A stretch of 64,000 bases of DNA from Octopus bimaculoides (lineage: Eukaryota): the NCBI RefSeq assembly GCF_001194135.2, contig NC_068986.1:49859817-49923816 (forward strand). The letters run 5' to 3'. Both the position numbers and the translations under genes were made by a program. This document shows positions 47,176-59,100 of the stretch, piece by piece. The first letter of the stretch is position 1. Each line of letters opens with the position of its first letter. The notes beneath the pieces are model-generated. The model was given only the letters and a program-made list of their open reading frames with translations, was not told the DNA's origin and did no database searches.

Positions 47176-47384
47176 ATATCAATTTCAGTAAGAGCTATAA
47201 CGCGACCCATCGTAAAAGCTTGTGTAATAATGACCTATGCACATTTCGATGCAATATCCCGACTCACTCCTGTATGTTATAAAAAATAGAATATTGTATC
47301 TCTTCAGGGTCAGATTTGATTAAAATGTGCATAGGTCATTAAACAAGATTTTACAATGGATCGCGTTATAGCTCTTATTTAAAT

Positions 47385-47390
<6 letters not shown>
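47176..47390. mobile_element. Inverted pair of Penelope-type terminal (pLTR-like) arms enclosing a hammerhead
   Basis: 47176-47246 ATATCAATTTCAGTAAGAGCTATAACGCG...CTATGCACATTT is inverted at 47323-47390; right arm runs into (TA)n. Confidence 0.75.
47231..47312 (-). ncRNA. Type I hammerhead ribozyme with canonical core
   Basis: Minus strand: TGACC-CTGAAGA-GATACAATATTC-(29 nt)-GGATATTGCATC-GAAA-TGTGCAT-A|GGTCA; 5-bp stem I, 12-bp stem II (one A.C, one G.U), quasi-palindromic stem III, AUA cleavage triplet. Confidence 0.8.
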
Positions 47391-47439
<49 letters not shown>

Positions 47440-47440
<1 letters not shown>

Positions 47441-47655
47441 GGTAGCAAGCTGGCAGAATTGTTATCAAAACGCTTAGCGGCATTATGTCCATTTTTACAT
47501 TCAGAGTTCAAATTCCACCAAGGATGACTCAGCTTTTCATTTCATCTTTTCAGGGTAAATAAAGTAAGTACCAGTTGATCATTGGTGTCAATTTAATCAA
47601 CTTACTAACCTCCCCTAAAATTGCTGGTCTTGTGCCAAAATCTGAAAGCAATATT
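47440..47655 (+). mobile_element. OR2-like CORE SINE
   Basis: GGTAGCAAGCTGGCAGAATTG...TTCAGAGTTCAAATTCCACC...AAGTACCAGTTG...TTGTGCCAAAAT. Confidence 0.8.
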
Positions 47656-47782
47656 ACTTTCACCGGCAGGGCTCCAGCATACCCACAACTTGTGGGCTGA
47701 GATATGTATATAAGAGTAAGAGAATATGAATAGATACAAATATATGTACATAGACCAACATGAATAAAGATACATGTGTGAT

Positions 47783-47834
<52 letters not shown>

Positions 47835-48308
47835 ATAGATAGGTAAATATGAACGCTTACAATTAGGAATTGATTAATCAAACCGATGTTAGACAATACA
47901 ACACATTAACACCAATAACACTAATATTTAATATCAAAGAATCAGCAAAGAGAAAAAAATCATGTTAGGTGCCTGTACAAGTCCTCATTTATTAGAAATT
48001 AATGTGTACATGTGTGTGTGTGTGTGTGTATGTTTATATNNNNNNNNNNNNNNNNNNNNNNNNNNNNNNNNNNNNNNNNNNNNNNNNNNNNNNNNNNNNN
48101 NNNNNNNNNNNNNNNNNNNNNNNNNNNNNNNNNNNNNNNNNNNNNNNNNNNNNNNNNNNNNNNNNNNNNNNNNNNNNNNNNNNNNNNNNNNNNNNNNNNN
48201 NNNNNNNNNNNNNNNNNNNNNNNNNNNNNNNNNNNNNNNNNNNNNNNNNNNNNNNNNNNNNNNNNNNNNNNNNNNNNNNNNNNNNNNNNNNNNNNNNNNN
48301 NNNNNNNN

Positions 48309-48349
<41 letters not shown>

Positions 48350-49039
48350 AACATGGAAGAAGGACATTAAACGATGATGATACATATATATCATAAGTAT
48401 ATATATATATTTATATATACATATAAAACATGCGCATACATACACATTCACATACCTATGTGCACATTTACATGTGTGTCTACGTATATATATATATATA
48501 TAATTCTGTCGTTATCATATGTATGAAATCTCAACAATACATACAAACACACATATTTCAATACATACGAGACATTATGCGCATACACTCACACCCACCC
48601 ACCCACAAATGTATACACCCCCTCACACAAATGCCTATCAATAATGTGTACACGTATGAGTATATATATATATGATACAGAGATAACAATATGCAGGCTT
48701 CCCGCTCACACATGAGCACGCAAAGGTTATGCAGAACAAATTGCATTGCACACCCACACACTAAATGTGTGAGTGTGTGTGTACTTGGATATTGGAGGAA
48801 TGTATTCCAAAATTGTACGTAGATGTTATATTAATGTAAGGTATGCATAAGAGTTGAAAAACACTGGGAAAAGATTTTGTTGAATGATTACAAATTGAAA
48901 CTGGAGATTGGAAAAAAAGTCTTGGTAATATTTATTCACCATTACACATGTTTCATTTGCTAATAGTAGTTATAAAATTGCATGTGTAGGAGGAACACTT
49001 GTGATCTATCCTATTAGAAATTCTTCAAGACACAATCAA

Positions 49040-49240
49040 ATAATGTATTACATGATTCTGTGTCTGAAAAATTCCAATCTTCTGTGAAAACATGTGTGGT
49101 GTTGGGTAATGTAACCATGATTGGTAAAAAGGTGAGGGTTGGCAATAAGAAAGGCATCCAGCTGTGGAAAATTCTCCTCAACAACTACCATCTGACCCAT
49201 AAAAGCAGGGAAAAGTGGACATTAAAGAATGATGATGATG
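49040..49240 (+). mobile_element. RTE-type tail of the chimeric SINE
   Basis: GGGTTGGCAATAAGAAAGGCATCCAGCTGTGGAAA...GGACATTAAAGAATGATGATGATG. Confidence 0.75.
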
Positions 49241-49527
49241 ACGGTGATCTTTCTTGGAAGATCACTAATAATAATAATAATAATTACCAGAATGTTCTGT
49301 ATAGCTCTCTCGCTATCTCCATCTTTCAGCTTTGATAGCATTAAACAGTTGGTGGAGGGAAAGAAAAAATAAATGGTGCTACATGTTGCTTATATGTAGA
49401 AGTAGCTGATCATTGCAAGCTAAAACACACACACATGCACATGCACAGGACCATACATACACAGCACAACTGTCAATCACGTACATTGACTTTACAGCTT
49501 ACAGCTGACAGCAGTGATCTGAGTCGC

Positions 49528-49647
49528 ATTTCCATGGTAACTAGTTATAAGCTTTGTGGACAGAGCCAGCAAAAGCAGAGAGAATTATTTATTATTATCA
49601 TTATTATTATTGTTTTTTTTTTTGGCTTTGTTATTTGCCATGGACAC
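49528..49647. promoter_or_regulatory. Two RFX X-box-like motifs in unique sequence
   Basis: ATTTCCATGGTAAC (49528-49541) and TTTGCCATGGACAC (49634-49647) vs consensus GTTNCCATGGNAAC. Confidence 0.3.
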
Positions 49648-51153
49648 AGTGCATTGATGGTCATGGAAAACAAAACTAGTGACTATACAGCCAATCTTAC
49701 AACAAACCTACCAACCCACTAGTCTCACAGTCTAAAATACATTGAGCTATGAGGGTAAACTGTCAAAAATATATTGATCTCCAAACACACACACACACAC
49801 ACACACACACTGACACTAAATGCTATTGACCTGTTGGCCTTTACAAATGGAAAATTTATTGTTTTAAATTGATGGTTATCAAGATCTTCACTTTCACTTC
49901 TTTCCTTCCTTCATTTCTTTCTTCCTTCTCTCTCTTTCCCCATCCTTTCATTCTCTCTTTCTTACTAAATTACTCTAATAGAAACGAAGAAGCGTTCTCT
50001 GAAATTCCTACATGGAGTCATAATGATTATTACACCACAGGCCCGGAAAGAAATCATTTTGGCTGTCTTGAACGATGCTGCCCTCGTTAGTAGACAGTGA
50101 TTTACAGAGAAAATTGCTCAGTAATGAGAATAACATCACTTGAAATATAGCCAACATAAACTAATTTTTATTTCAAATTATTATCATTTTTTAAAATTCA
50201 TATTATCATTTTTTTTTTATTATTAATTAAAAAAGAATAATTTTTTTTTTTTTTAAATAACAATATTCTTGCCATTTTTATGATTGGAGTTTTTTTTACT
50301 ACATTTTTTTTTTGCCTGATGCAACTTACTGGGTCTCATCATCATCATCATTTCAAAATTGATAAAAATATTTCTCTATATTACAGATTTAATGTAGTGT
50401 TATTGAAAAACCAGAATATGCATTTTCTGTAGAGAGAAAAAGAAAATTCCTTTCATAGACATATTGCTTTAAAAAAAATTATAATACTTCAGAGGTAGGC
50501 AAAACAAAATAACCAGCAACCATGAGATGCACATTTCATTGTTTTTGCAGCTTGTCAATGTCACACACTCATGTCACTTCTGAAAAGAGGTCGAACCTGC
50601 TGGTCCAAAGTGTATGGAGATGGGGTATAAACAACAATGCAATAGTTTGCAATGATGTTGCTCAGCCTGAATAAAATTCAAATTATGCAATAAAGAAACA
50701 GCTCTGATAAAAATAGATACCAATAAAATGTTTTGAGGTTAATCTAATCGACAATGCTTTGAGGTTAATCTCATCTCACTGGCCCTTACAAAGATACTCT
50801 TGTACTGCATCAATATGAAACGTGAGCAGCAGCTGCAACAGTTTGGTTGCTGTAATTATAAATCATTATAGTTCATAACTATTCTATATTTGGTTTATGG
50901 TTATTAGTTTCCATCTTTCTACATACCAAGTTCAGACCCCATTAGGGTTCACTTAGCCCCTTACTCTTCTGTGTCAATAACAGACTAGTCAAGTACTGGC
51001 CTTAACTGATTCTCTCCAACAAATTGTATAGCCCTGGACTTACATAAGAAGCTACTGTTCTTCTTTCAGGGGTTGATAACATAAATCCTCTGTTGAATAA
51101 TGGAGTCGATTTTATCAATTGTTCCTCTCCTGAAATTCCAAATTTGTACTTAA

Positions 51154-51319
51154 CCTTTCAGCATCTAACCAGCTATATCCAGCCCAAATACCCTACCTGT
51201 TTTATGCTCAAACTGGCCAGATCCAGCTTCAAACACCTGCCCTACTTTGTTGTTCTAGAACTAAACAATAGAGATAATTAAGCATTACATTTGACAGAAT
51301 AATCTGAATGCTACAAGGG
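51154..51319. mobile_element. Degenerate piggyBac-type MITE
   Basis: TTAA-CCTTTCAGCAT...TTACATTTGACAGAATAATCTGAATGCTACAAGGG; same family as 57565-57789. Confidence 0.6.
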
Positions 51320-51611
51320 AAACAATTATCATTAATATGCCACTAAGCATTTTTGTCCAGAATCATTAGTGCTGTACAAGATGCTTAGCAGCATTTAATC
51401 CATCTTCATGTTCTGTGTCCAAATGCTGCCATGGTCAACTTCACCTTTTATCCTCTGGGATGAAGTACCAGTTGAGCACTGAGGTCGATTACATCAACTT
51501 AGATCAAGCCTGGCCAAATCAAATTACATTACGGGTCACTTTCACCACAGAAAGTTGTATACTGACAGGAGTGAAAGCATTTTGATTTCTCATGCTATTA
51601 TTACAATAACG

Positions 51612-51984
51612 GTGGAGGCGCAATGGCCCAGTGGTTAGGGTAGCGGACTCACGGTCATAGGATCGCGGTTTCGATTCCCAGACCGGGCGTTGTGAATGTT
51701 TATTGAGCGAAAATGCCTAAAAGCTCCACGAGGCTCTGGCAGGAGATGGTGGTGAACCCTGCTGTACTCTTCTACCACAACTTTCTCTCATTCTTACTTC
51801 CTGTTTCTGTTGTGCCTGTAATTCAAAGGGTCAGCCTTGTCACACTGAATATCCCCGAGAACTACGTTAAGGGTACATGTGTCTGTGGAGTGCTCAGCCA
51901 CTTGCACGTTAATATCACGAGCAGGCTGTTCCGTTGATCGGATCAACTGGAACCCTCGACGTCGTAAGTGACGAAGTGCCACCA
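51612..51984 (+). mobile_element. Full-length tRNA-derived SINE (OK-like variant A) with 10-bp TSD
   Basis: A box TGGCCCAGTGG, B box GGTTTCGATTCC; TSD ATTACAATAA at 51600-51609 and 51985-51994. Confidence 0.92.
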
Positions 51985-52499
51985 ATTACAATAATGAATG
52001 AATGAGTGTTGATTCAACATGAAATATTATCGTTGCAAAAACATTAGTATCTTTCTTTTTTTACTTTTCATTTTTGATAAAATTTTTTTAAATGTTTGTT
52101 TAAATAAACCCATTTCGAGAAAGTATCAAGTGAACTGCAAGATAAAAGTCTGTGGGCTGAATGCATCCTGTGGGCCTCAGGTTGGCCAGCCCTGACGTAG
52201 ACCTTCCCCTAAAGTTACTGGCATTGTGCCAAAATTTGAAACCATTATCATTATTATGATTATGCAGAGAGTTGGCGTAACTGTTAGCACAAGGGGAGAA
52301 TGCTTGGTGATACGTCTCCTTGTTTTTTATATTCTGAGTTCAAATTCAGCCAAAGTTCACCTTGCCTTTCATCCTTGCAGGATCAATAGGTCCAGTCAAG
52401 CACTGAGGTTGATGTAATTGACTTCCCCCAGCCCACTAAAGTTGTTAGCCTAATGCCAAAATCGGAAATTATTATCAATATTATTATTATTATTGATTG

Positions 52500-52945
52500 A
52501 TTGAGAGAGCAGCACATGTCATCAAAATGACATTGGGGTACAAATATATGAAGCCCAGTATACCCGTCTGACAAAGGTACATCAGACACATGCATGACAA
52601 CCATACGTGCATGACATAGTGAAATCAAAATAAGCAATACATGACCTTGCAGGTGGGGGGGGGGGCTGTTAGAATTTTCTACAGGTCAAGTAGCCCATCC
52701 TGTTCAAAAGGTCCCTGAATAAGGATGTTGAACAAAACACCCATGTCTCCAGAGGTGAATTATCCAAACCCTCAAACATTCCTCTCAACACATGGCTATG
52801 ATGCTCCCCCACCACTTCTGCTCATGATTAGAGATGCACATATTGTCAGCCACTAAGGGACATGCTTAAGTGGTTAAGGTCAAACAACTGACATGCAAAT
52901 CTAAGGTACTGAACAGAATATTAGCTGTAGCCCATCTTTTTATTA
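52500..52945 (-). mobile_element. Copy of the about 570-bp (AAT)n-tailed repeat
   Basis: Reverse complement colinear with 38690-39160; sits after (ATT)n. Confidence 0.8.
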
Positions 52946-53330
52946 CTGACGTGCTGGCAGAATTGTTAGCATGCCAGGCAATAACATTTTGTTCGTCTTT
53001 ACATTCTGAGTTCAAATTCTGCTGAGGTTTATTTTGCCTTTCATCCTTTCAGGGTCGATAAATTAAAGGCAGTGAACTAGCAGAAACATCAGCATGCAGG
53101 GCGAAATGCTTAGCAGTATTCAGGGTTGATAAATTAAGTACCAGTTGTGTACTGGGATCAATCTAATTGATTGGCCTCCTCCCCAAAATTTCGGGCCTTG
53201 TGCCTAGAGTAGAAAAGAGTCAATAAATTCAGTATCGGTTAGGCACTGGGGTAAATGCAATCAACTGGCCCCTTCTCCTGAGATTTCAGGCCTTGTGCCT
53301 ATAGTAGAAAGGATTATTATTATTATTATT
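52945..53330 (+). mobile_element. Nested/tandem OR2-like SINEs
   Basis: Two heads (GGCAGAATTGTTAGCATGCC; GCAGAAACATCAGCATGC) and two tails (GGCCTTGTGCCT...GTAGAAA), ending in (ATT)n. Confidence 0.8.
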
Positions 53331-53905
53331 ATTTACGCTTTGGATTCAAACCCAGTCATGGTGAAATATATATCAGTACTCTACATGAACTATAATTATA
53401 AGAAGTCTGCTATGACTTTTTTTTCTTCTATTGATAAGGCTTGATTTACATATAGCCATAACAATGTAATCTAGCATGGTTTGAATGTTTATATTTCTCA
53501 AATATTATGTCTCTCACCCCAACTTATCCCCATGCACACATGCATGCATGCATATAAATAAGTGGATGTAACATACAAATATATGAGTGTAAACAAGTCT
53601 GGGTATGTTTCTCAAACAGATGTATACCTAAGCACAAATCTTGTGCGTTCACCATACACACACAAACATACACCTGTAGTCAAAACTGAGTGTATGCTAA
53701 GAACAAATATTTACATATGTATGTGAATATAAGTTTATGTATGAGCTAACTTTCATTTAAATGGAGATCGGAAATAAAAAAAGATTCAAGGTTGAAAAGA
53801 CGTACTAACAGCTAACAAGAAAAAAAAAAAAAAAATATCAATCACACGTAGCGTACATAAATATTAGAAGACGTGTGTGTGTATATACACACAATATATA
53901 CATAC

Positions 53906-53953
<48 letters not shown>

Positions 53954-54159
53954 CTGCTGTTACTGCTTCTCCAGGACTCAAGTGCAAATGTTTGTATATA
54001 CACATATACATACTTTTGAGTGTATATNNNNNNNNNNNNNNNNNNNNNNNNNNNNNNNNNNNNNNNNNNNNNNNNNNNNNNNNNNNNNNNNNNNNNNNNN
54101 NNNNNNNNNNNNNNNNNNNNNNNNNNNNNNNNNNNNNNNTATATATATATATATATATA

Positions 54160-54570
54160 TCATCGTCATCATCATTTAATGTCCTCTTTTCCATGCTTGC
54201 ATGGGTCAGACTAAATCTGTTCTGGCAGATTTTCAATAACCAAATGCCCATCCTGTCATCAATCCTCACTGGTTTCCAAGGAGGGCAATATCTTCCCATG
54301 GCCAGACATGTTTTTCATAGAAAACCGGAATTGAACAACCTCGTTTGTGTGATGATAATGCTCAATTATAACTATTACAGGGTGTCTAGATATGGGAAAA
54401 TGTGCACGCGTGCACACACACACAAACAGTGGGCTTCTTTCATTTTCTATCTATCTATCACATCCACTTATAAGGCTTTGCTCAGCCCAGGCACATAGTA
54501 AAAAAACACAAAGTGCTGCACAGTAGGACTGAACCGGAGACAACGTGGTTGGGATACAAACTATATGAGC
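54160..54570 (-). mobile_element. Chimeric SINE (OR1-like head plus RTE-type tail)
   Basis: Same layout as 18745-19150. Confidence 0.7.
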
Positions 54571-55239
54571 ATGCTCGTGCCTCAGGTGTATCTTCATAGT
54601 AAGCCTTGATATACCACTCTTTTCATTACCCTCACATCTATTGCTCACCTCTTCTACTATCAATGTGCTTCTCTACCATTACTCTATCTCTTTCCCATCA
54701 CGTTGCCTGTGTGATGAGGGACGGCATCACATTAGATCTGTTCATATTCAAAACCCGTTACTATCATCATTTCATTATTGCTACCCAGCACACCCCTTCT
54801 CTCTCCCCTATGTCATCTACTATCACTGTTACTTCCATCACTCTCTCACTTCCAATACTCCCTCTTCCAACTCTCTCTCTCTCTCTCTCTCATCCATCAC
54901 ATTGCTCATGCTATTTCTACCAGATCTTTTCACCACCAACAACATTGTTCTGTATCACTAGGTTTCATCACCCCTTTGCTTTCTCTTCAATAACCGTGCA
55001 ATCACTCTAACTTGGTTCCATTATTCCTTCTTCCACCTCTGTAAATGAGGAAGGAAATCAGGTACATCTTCTCTGAGATGTGGTCAACGACCTGTGAAAC
55101 AGTGTCTGGAAACATCCACTCTCTTTTGCCACACATCAAAGAGACAGAAGCAATGTGTTTACATTTTAATAATTTCCTCTTACAGCTAAGCCTATCTAAT
55201 ATTTTAATGCTGCTAATTCATTGTGTTATCATAAAATAT

Positions 55240-55555
55240 CATCCTCATCATCATTATCATCATCCATGTTACATGGGTTGAACAGAATTTGTTGATGGGA
55301 TTTTCTATGGTCAGATACCCTTCCTGTTGACAACTCCCATCTGTTTTCTAAGTAAGGTGATATGTCTCCATGGCATGTTTTCATGGAAGATTGCAAACAA
55401 AGGTCATTGTTTGTACGATGGTGACACTCATTCCCAAATCCACTACCAAATCTACTCACAAGGTTTTGGCTGAGCCAGGGCTAATATAGAAAACATGCCC
55501 GAGGTGCCACACAGTGGGACTAAATCAACTGAACCCAAAACCATGAGGTTGAGAA
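55240..55555 (-). mobile_element. Chimeric SINE (OR1-like head plus RTE-type tail), internally deleted
   Basis: (CAT)n...TTCCTGTTGACAAC...GGAAGATTGCAAACAA joined to CCAAATCTACTCACAAGG...GCCCGAGGTGCCACAC. Confidence 0.65.
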
Positions 55556-55904
55556 CACAATAGCCAGTGATAGTGTGCAGTAAAAATGTAATGTAAACAA
55601 TACCTAAGCATGCCAGGGTCACTTTATAGATAGATGATGATTCACATAACCACATCTTCTAGCACAGACATGTCATCTCCTTCAGCTTATTGTATTTATC
55701 ACTACAGCATCGGTGTCTCAGCACCTCTGAATGAGAGAGAGATGCAAATCTCTCTTCACTAAATCCCACCCAACACATCCTGGCTCTCCTCTTCGCATTG
55801 CTCACACAATATAGAACCTGTGTTTTTTACCACATAGGTCCAATACTAACTAATTCCACTTCCCTTAATTTTTCCTCTCCCACATTGGCTATTTACTGTG
55901 CTTA

Positions 55905-56110
55905 TCATTGGAGAGACTGGCAAAGACAGTCATGCAATGGAGAGTTGAAGGAAGAAGGGAAAAAAAGAAAGGCAGGTCGTAAAAACATGGCAAAAGGCCA
56001 TGCAAGAAAACTTGACAGACGTGAGTGTCACCTCAGAAATGCGGGTGCACTTTGGCTCAGAAGGATACTGCTTGGTAACCTTTCATTGCCTGACGTTTTC
56101 TGAGCGAATT
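55905..56110 (+). pseudogene. Degenerate RTE ORF C-terminus
   Basis: ERLAKTVMQWRVEGRR...GR...KTWQKAMQENL, resembling EGRRxRGRPKKTW. Confidence 0.55.
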
Positions 56111-57034
56111 GAGATAACATAATGTCTGCCAAACCTCAGGAATAACCACCCCCACCTACGATTTACCTACAACTGTCAACTTAAAGATTCTCTACCTGAA
56201 CATCAATTATGTCACCTTCAGCAGTCTTGGAGAACCTATGAAGATCAAGAAAATAGCTACCTTTCATTTAAGCAAAAAAAAAAAAAATGCATAAATAAAC
56301 AAAGCAAAAATAAACTGGGTTTGAACTAAAGACCAATGAGTTCGTAGATCAACATGATATCCTCTCAGCTATTTCGCTTCTACATTGATAATAAAATAGA
56401 GTCAAATCAATTCCCTTAGCTTCTTGTTTACAGCTATAATGATGATGATGATGATGACGATAATGAAAAAAGAAAAACTTCTAAATATCCAATTATTTAT
56501 TTGTAATTAATTCATTATGAGATTTCCATCCATAATGTATATATGTGTGTGCACATGNNNNNNNNNNNNNNNNNNNNNNNNNNNNNNNNNNNNNNNNNNN
56601 NNNNNNNNNNNNNNNNNNNNNNNNNNNNNNNNNNNATATACATACATACATATATATCTATATATACACACACACACACACACACGTATATATGTATTAA
56701 TGAGAACAGATGTGACAAAAGGTGAGAAAACCATTTTTTTTCTCTTTCTTAATTCTTGTTTCCCCAAGATGTTCACATCTAACATTCATACACACACACA
56801 CACACACACACACATCTTTTCTGCCAAACTTATTTATCATGTGTGCAAATATGATAAATAAATATACTCAAACATTCAAAGTCTACATTGTCTGCCTAAC
56901 TTTTTCACAATCACTAACATCAGCCATTAAGAAGAAACAGCTAGTTTGATCTCAGAGGAGAGAGTAAATTAGAGTTGTAACAATTATGCCTTTCCCCATT
57001 CATACACAAAAAGCATAGTATAAGTCTGAAAAAG

Positions 57035-57392
57035 GTGGAGGCGCAATGGCTCAGTGGTTAGGGCAGCGGACTCGCAGTCATAGGATCGCGGTTTCGATTC
57101 CCAGACCGGGCGTTGTGAGTGTTTATTGAGTGAAAACACCTAAAGCTCCCTGCTGTACTCTTCCGCCACAACTTTCTCTCACTCTTACTTCCTGTTTCTG
57201 TTGTGCTTGTAATTCAAAGGGTCAGCCTTGTCACACTGTGTCACGCTGAATATCCCCGAGAACTACGTTAAGGGTACACGTGTCTGTGGAGTGCTCAGCC
57301 ACTTGCACGTTAATTTCACGAGCAGGCTGTTCTGTTGATCGGATCAACTGGAACCCTCGACGTCGCAAGCGACGGAGTGCCAACGACAACAA
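57035..57392 (+). mobile_element. OK-like SINE variant A with 13-bp TSD and an internal deletion
   Basis: TSD AAGTCTGAAAAAG at 57022-57034 and 57393-57405; lacks the GCAGGGGATGGTGGCGAA segment. Confidence 0.92.
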
Positions 57393-57564
57393 AAGTCTGA
57401 AAAAGAGTGAAAATGTGTTCCGGGCTCAGAAACAAACCCTCTGGTTGAAAATTCCAGCTTGATCAAGATCGAGAACATACCATCATTCTATCAAAGACTA
57501 TTCTGGCATTGCAAGCACTGTTCTGAAATGTGGTTAAGGAGGAACAACAAAGGTTGCATGTTAA

Positions 57565-57789
57565 CCCTTTAGTAATTAAACTGGCCGTACCTGGACCAAA
57601 TATTCTCCCTGTTTTACTTTCAAACCAGCCAGATCTGGCCTCTCAGACCATCCCGACAATATCATTCTAAAAAATAAATATTCACATCAACAAAGACTTG
57701 AATCTATGACATAATGTCTGATCAATTCAAAACAACGTGAATAAATAAGTTTTACATTTGACAGAGTAATTTGAATGCTTTTAAAGGAT
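57565..57789. mobile_element. piggyBac-type MITE (TTAA TSD)
   Basis: TTAA-CCCTTTAG...TAAAGGAT-TTAA. Confidence 0.65.
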
Positions 57790-57814
57790 TTAACACAAAA
57801 AAAAAAAACGTGAA

Positions 57815-57969
57815 GGGTCGTGTGCTTAAGAAGTTCACTTTGCAACCACATGGTTTCAAGTTCAGACCTACTAAATGGCATCCGGGGCAAGTGACTTCAA
57901 CTACAGCCCTAGGCAAATCAATGTCTTGTGGGCGAATTTAATAGATAGAAACTGTGTGGAAATCTATTC

Positions 57970-58000
<31 letters not shown>

Positions 58001-58205
58001 CAAACATGTGTGTGTGTGTGTGACTACCATCGTGTGACAACATGTTTTGGTTCGTTTATGTACTTGTAACTGAGCAATTCAGCAAAAATACCTGATAGAA
58101 TAAAGTATCAGACTTTAAGAAAAGAATATGTGCCAGGGTTGATTTGTTTCAACTAAAATACTCCAGCATGGCCACAGTCCAATGACCAAAACAAATAAAA
58201 GAAAA
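57815..58205 (+). mobile_element. CORE-type SINE (OR1-like), degenerate
   Basis: CAACCACATGGTTTCAAGTTCAG...GGGCAAGTG...CTCCAGCATGGCCACAGTC...AAATAAAAGA. Confidence 0.75.
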
Positions 58206-58443
58206 AAGAAGCCAACAAGGTAGTTTGCTAAAGATTGAAGCCAAATCTCTCTCTCTCTCTAAAAAAAGAGAAAGGAACATTGAACCATGTAGTGCTAGAA
58301 ACACTGTGTCTCATAAAAAAAAAAGAAAAACGAATGGACTGGTTGTGTCTAGAATCCCCTTGACCACTGGTCTGCTCAATTTGAGTGCTGACATAGCAGA
58401 GGTATGTGAACAACAACAACAACAAAAACGATGACATTAAGAA

Positions 58444-58521
58444 CTCAGGGGATTGGTGCAAGTTGATGCTCAGGGGATTGGTGCAAGTTGATGCTCAGGG
58501 GATTGGTGCAAGTTGATGCTC
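58444..58521. repeat. 25-bp tandem repeat, 3 identical copies
   Basis: (CTCAGGGGATTGGTGCAAGTTGATG)3-CTC. Confidence 0.9.
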
Positions 58522-58614
58522 CTAACATGTGTGTGTGTGCGCGTGTGTGTGNNNNNNNNNNTCCTAACATGTGTGTGTGTGCGCGTGTGTGTGCGCGTGT
58601 GTGTGTGTGTGTGC

Positions 58615-58649
<35 letters not shown>

Positions 58650-58854
58650 TGTGTTAGTTACTAATCATTAAATCCAGGCTTTATGAAATTAATAATCAGG
58701 AACGCATTTGCATCGACAGGATCAACAATTCACTACCTACAAAACTATATTATACTAAAAACAGCACTCTGTTAATTTAACAAATAAATCAGCATACACC
58801 GATTCTTGTCGCCTTGTTTCCAAGTAGACTTTGGTCATAATGGTTAACAACATA

Positions 58855-59100
58855 CATCATCATCATCATCAGTGTGCATTGTCGTTTATTCAAGAGATTT
58901 AGGTTCCATGCTGGCATGGGTTGGACAAGTCAGCTACATCTGTCTTTAGTGAACTCTGCTGCAAGCCCGGGCTCTCTTAGATCACATCTAAGGCAAGTCA
59001 CTCAGAGCCCACCTAGGGGTCACAGTACCTATGTCTCCCGCGACCATCAAACATCATTTAAGCTGGTAAGAAAATCAAAGTAGATTGCGCACAAGGATCC
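58855..59100 (-). mobile_element. Degenerate RTE LINE 3' end with ORF running directly into the (GAT)n tail
   Basis: Minus strand GRGR..., DLREPGLAAEFTKDR, then TCCAACCCATGCCAGCATGGAA and (GAT)n. Confidence 0.6.

Noticed and set aside
47189-47377. TA-flanked MITE interpretation of the inverted repeat
   Set aside because: The symmetry extends beyond the TA dinucleotides (to 47176/47390) and the interior holds a hammerhead, which fits Penelope-type ends better
51614-51690. tRNA gene (also 57037-57110)
   Set aside because: It is the tRNA-derived head of a SINE: continues into family body and is bounded by TSDs
54705-54760. TGATGAGGGA...TTCAAAACCCGTTA possible decayed hammerhead
   Set aside because: Core positions mutated and helices not supportable
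58521-58600. Duplicated TCCTAACATGTGTG segment
   Set aside because: Same 10-N overlap artefact
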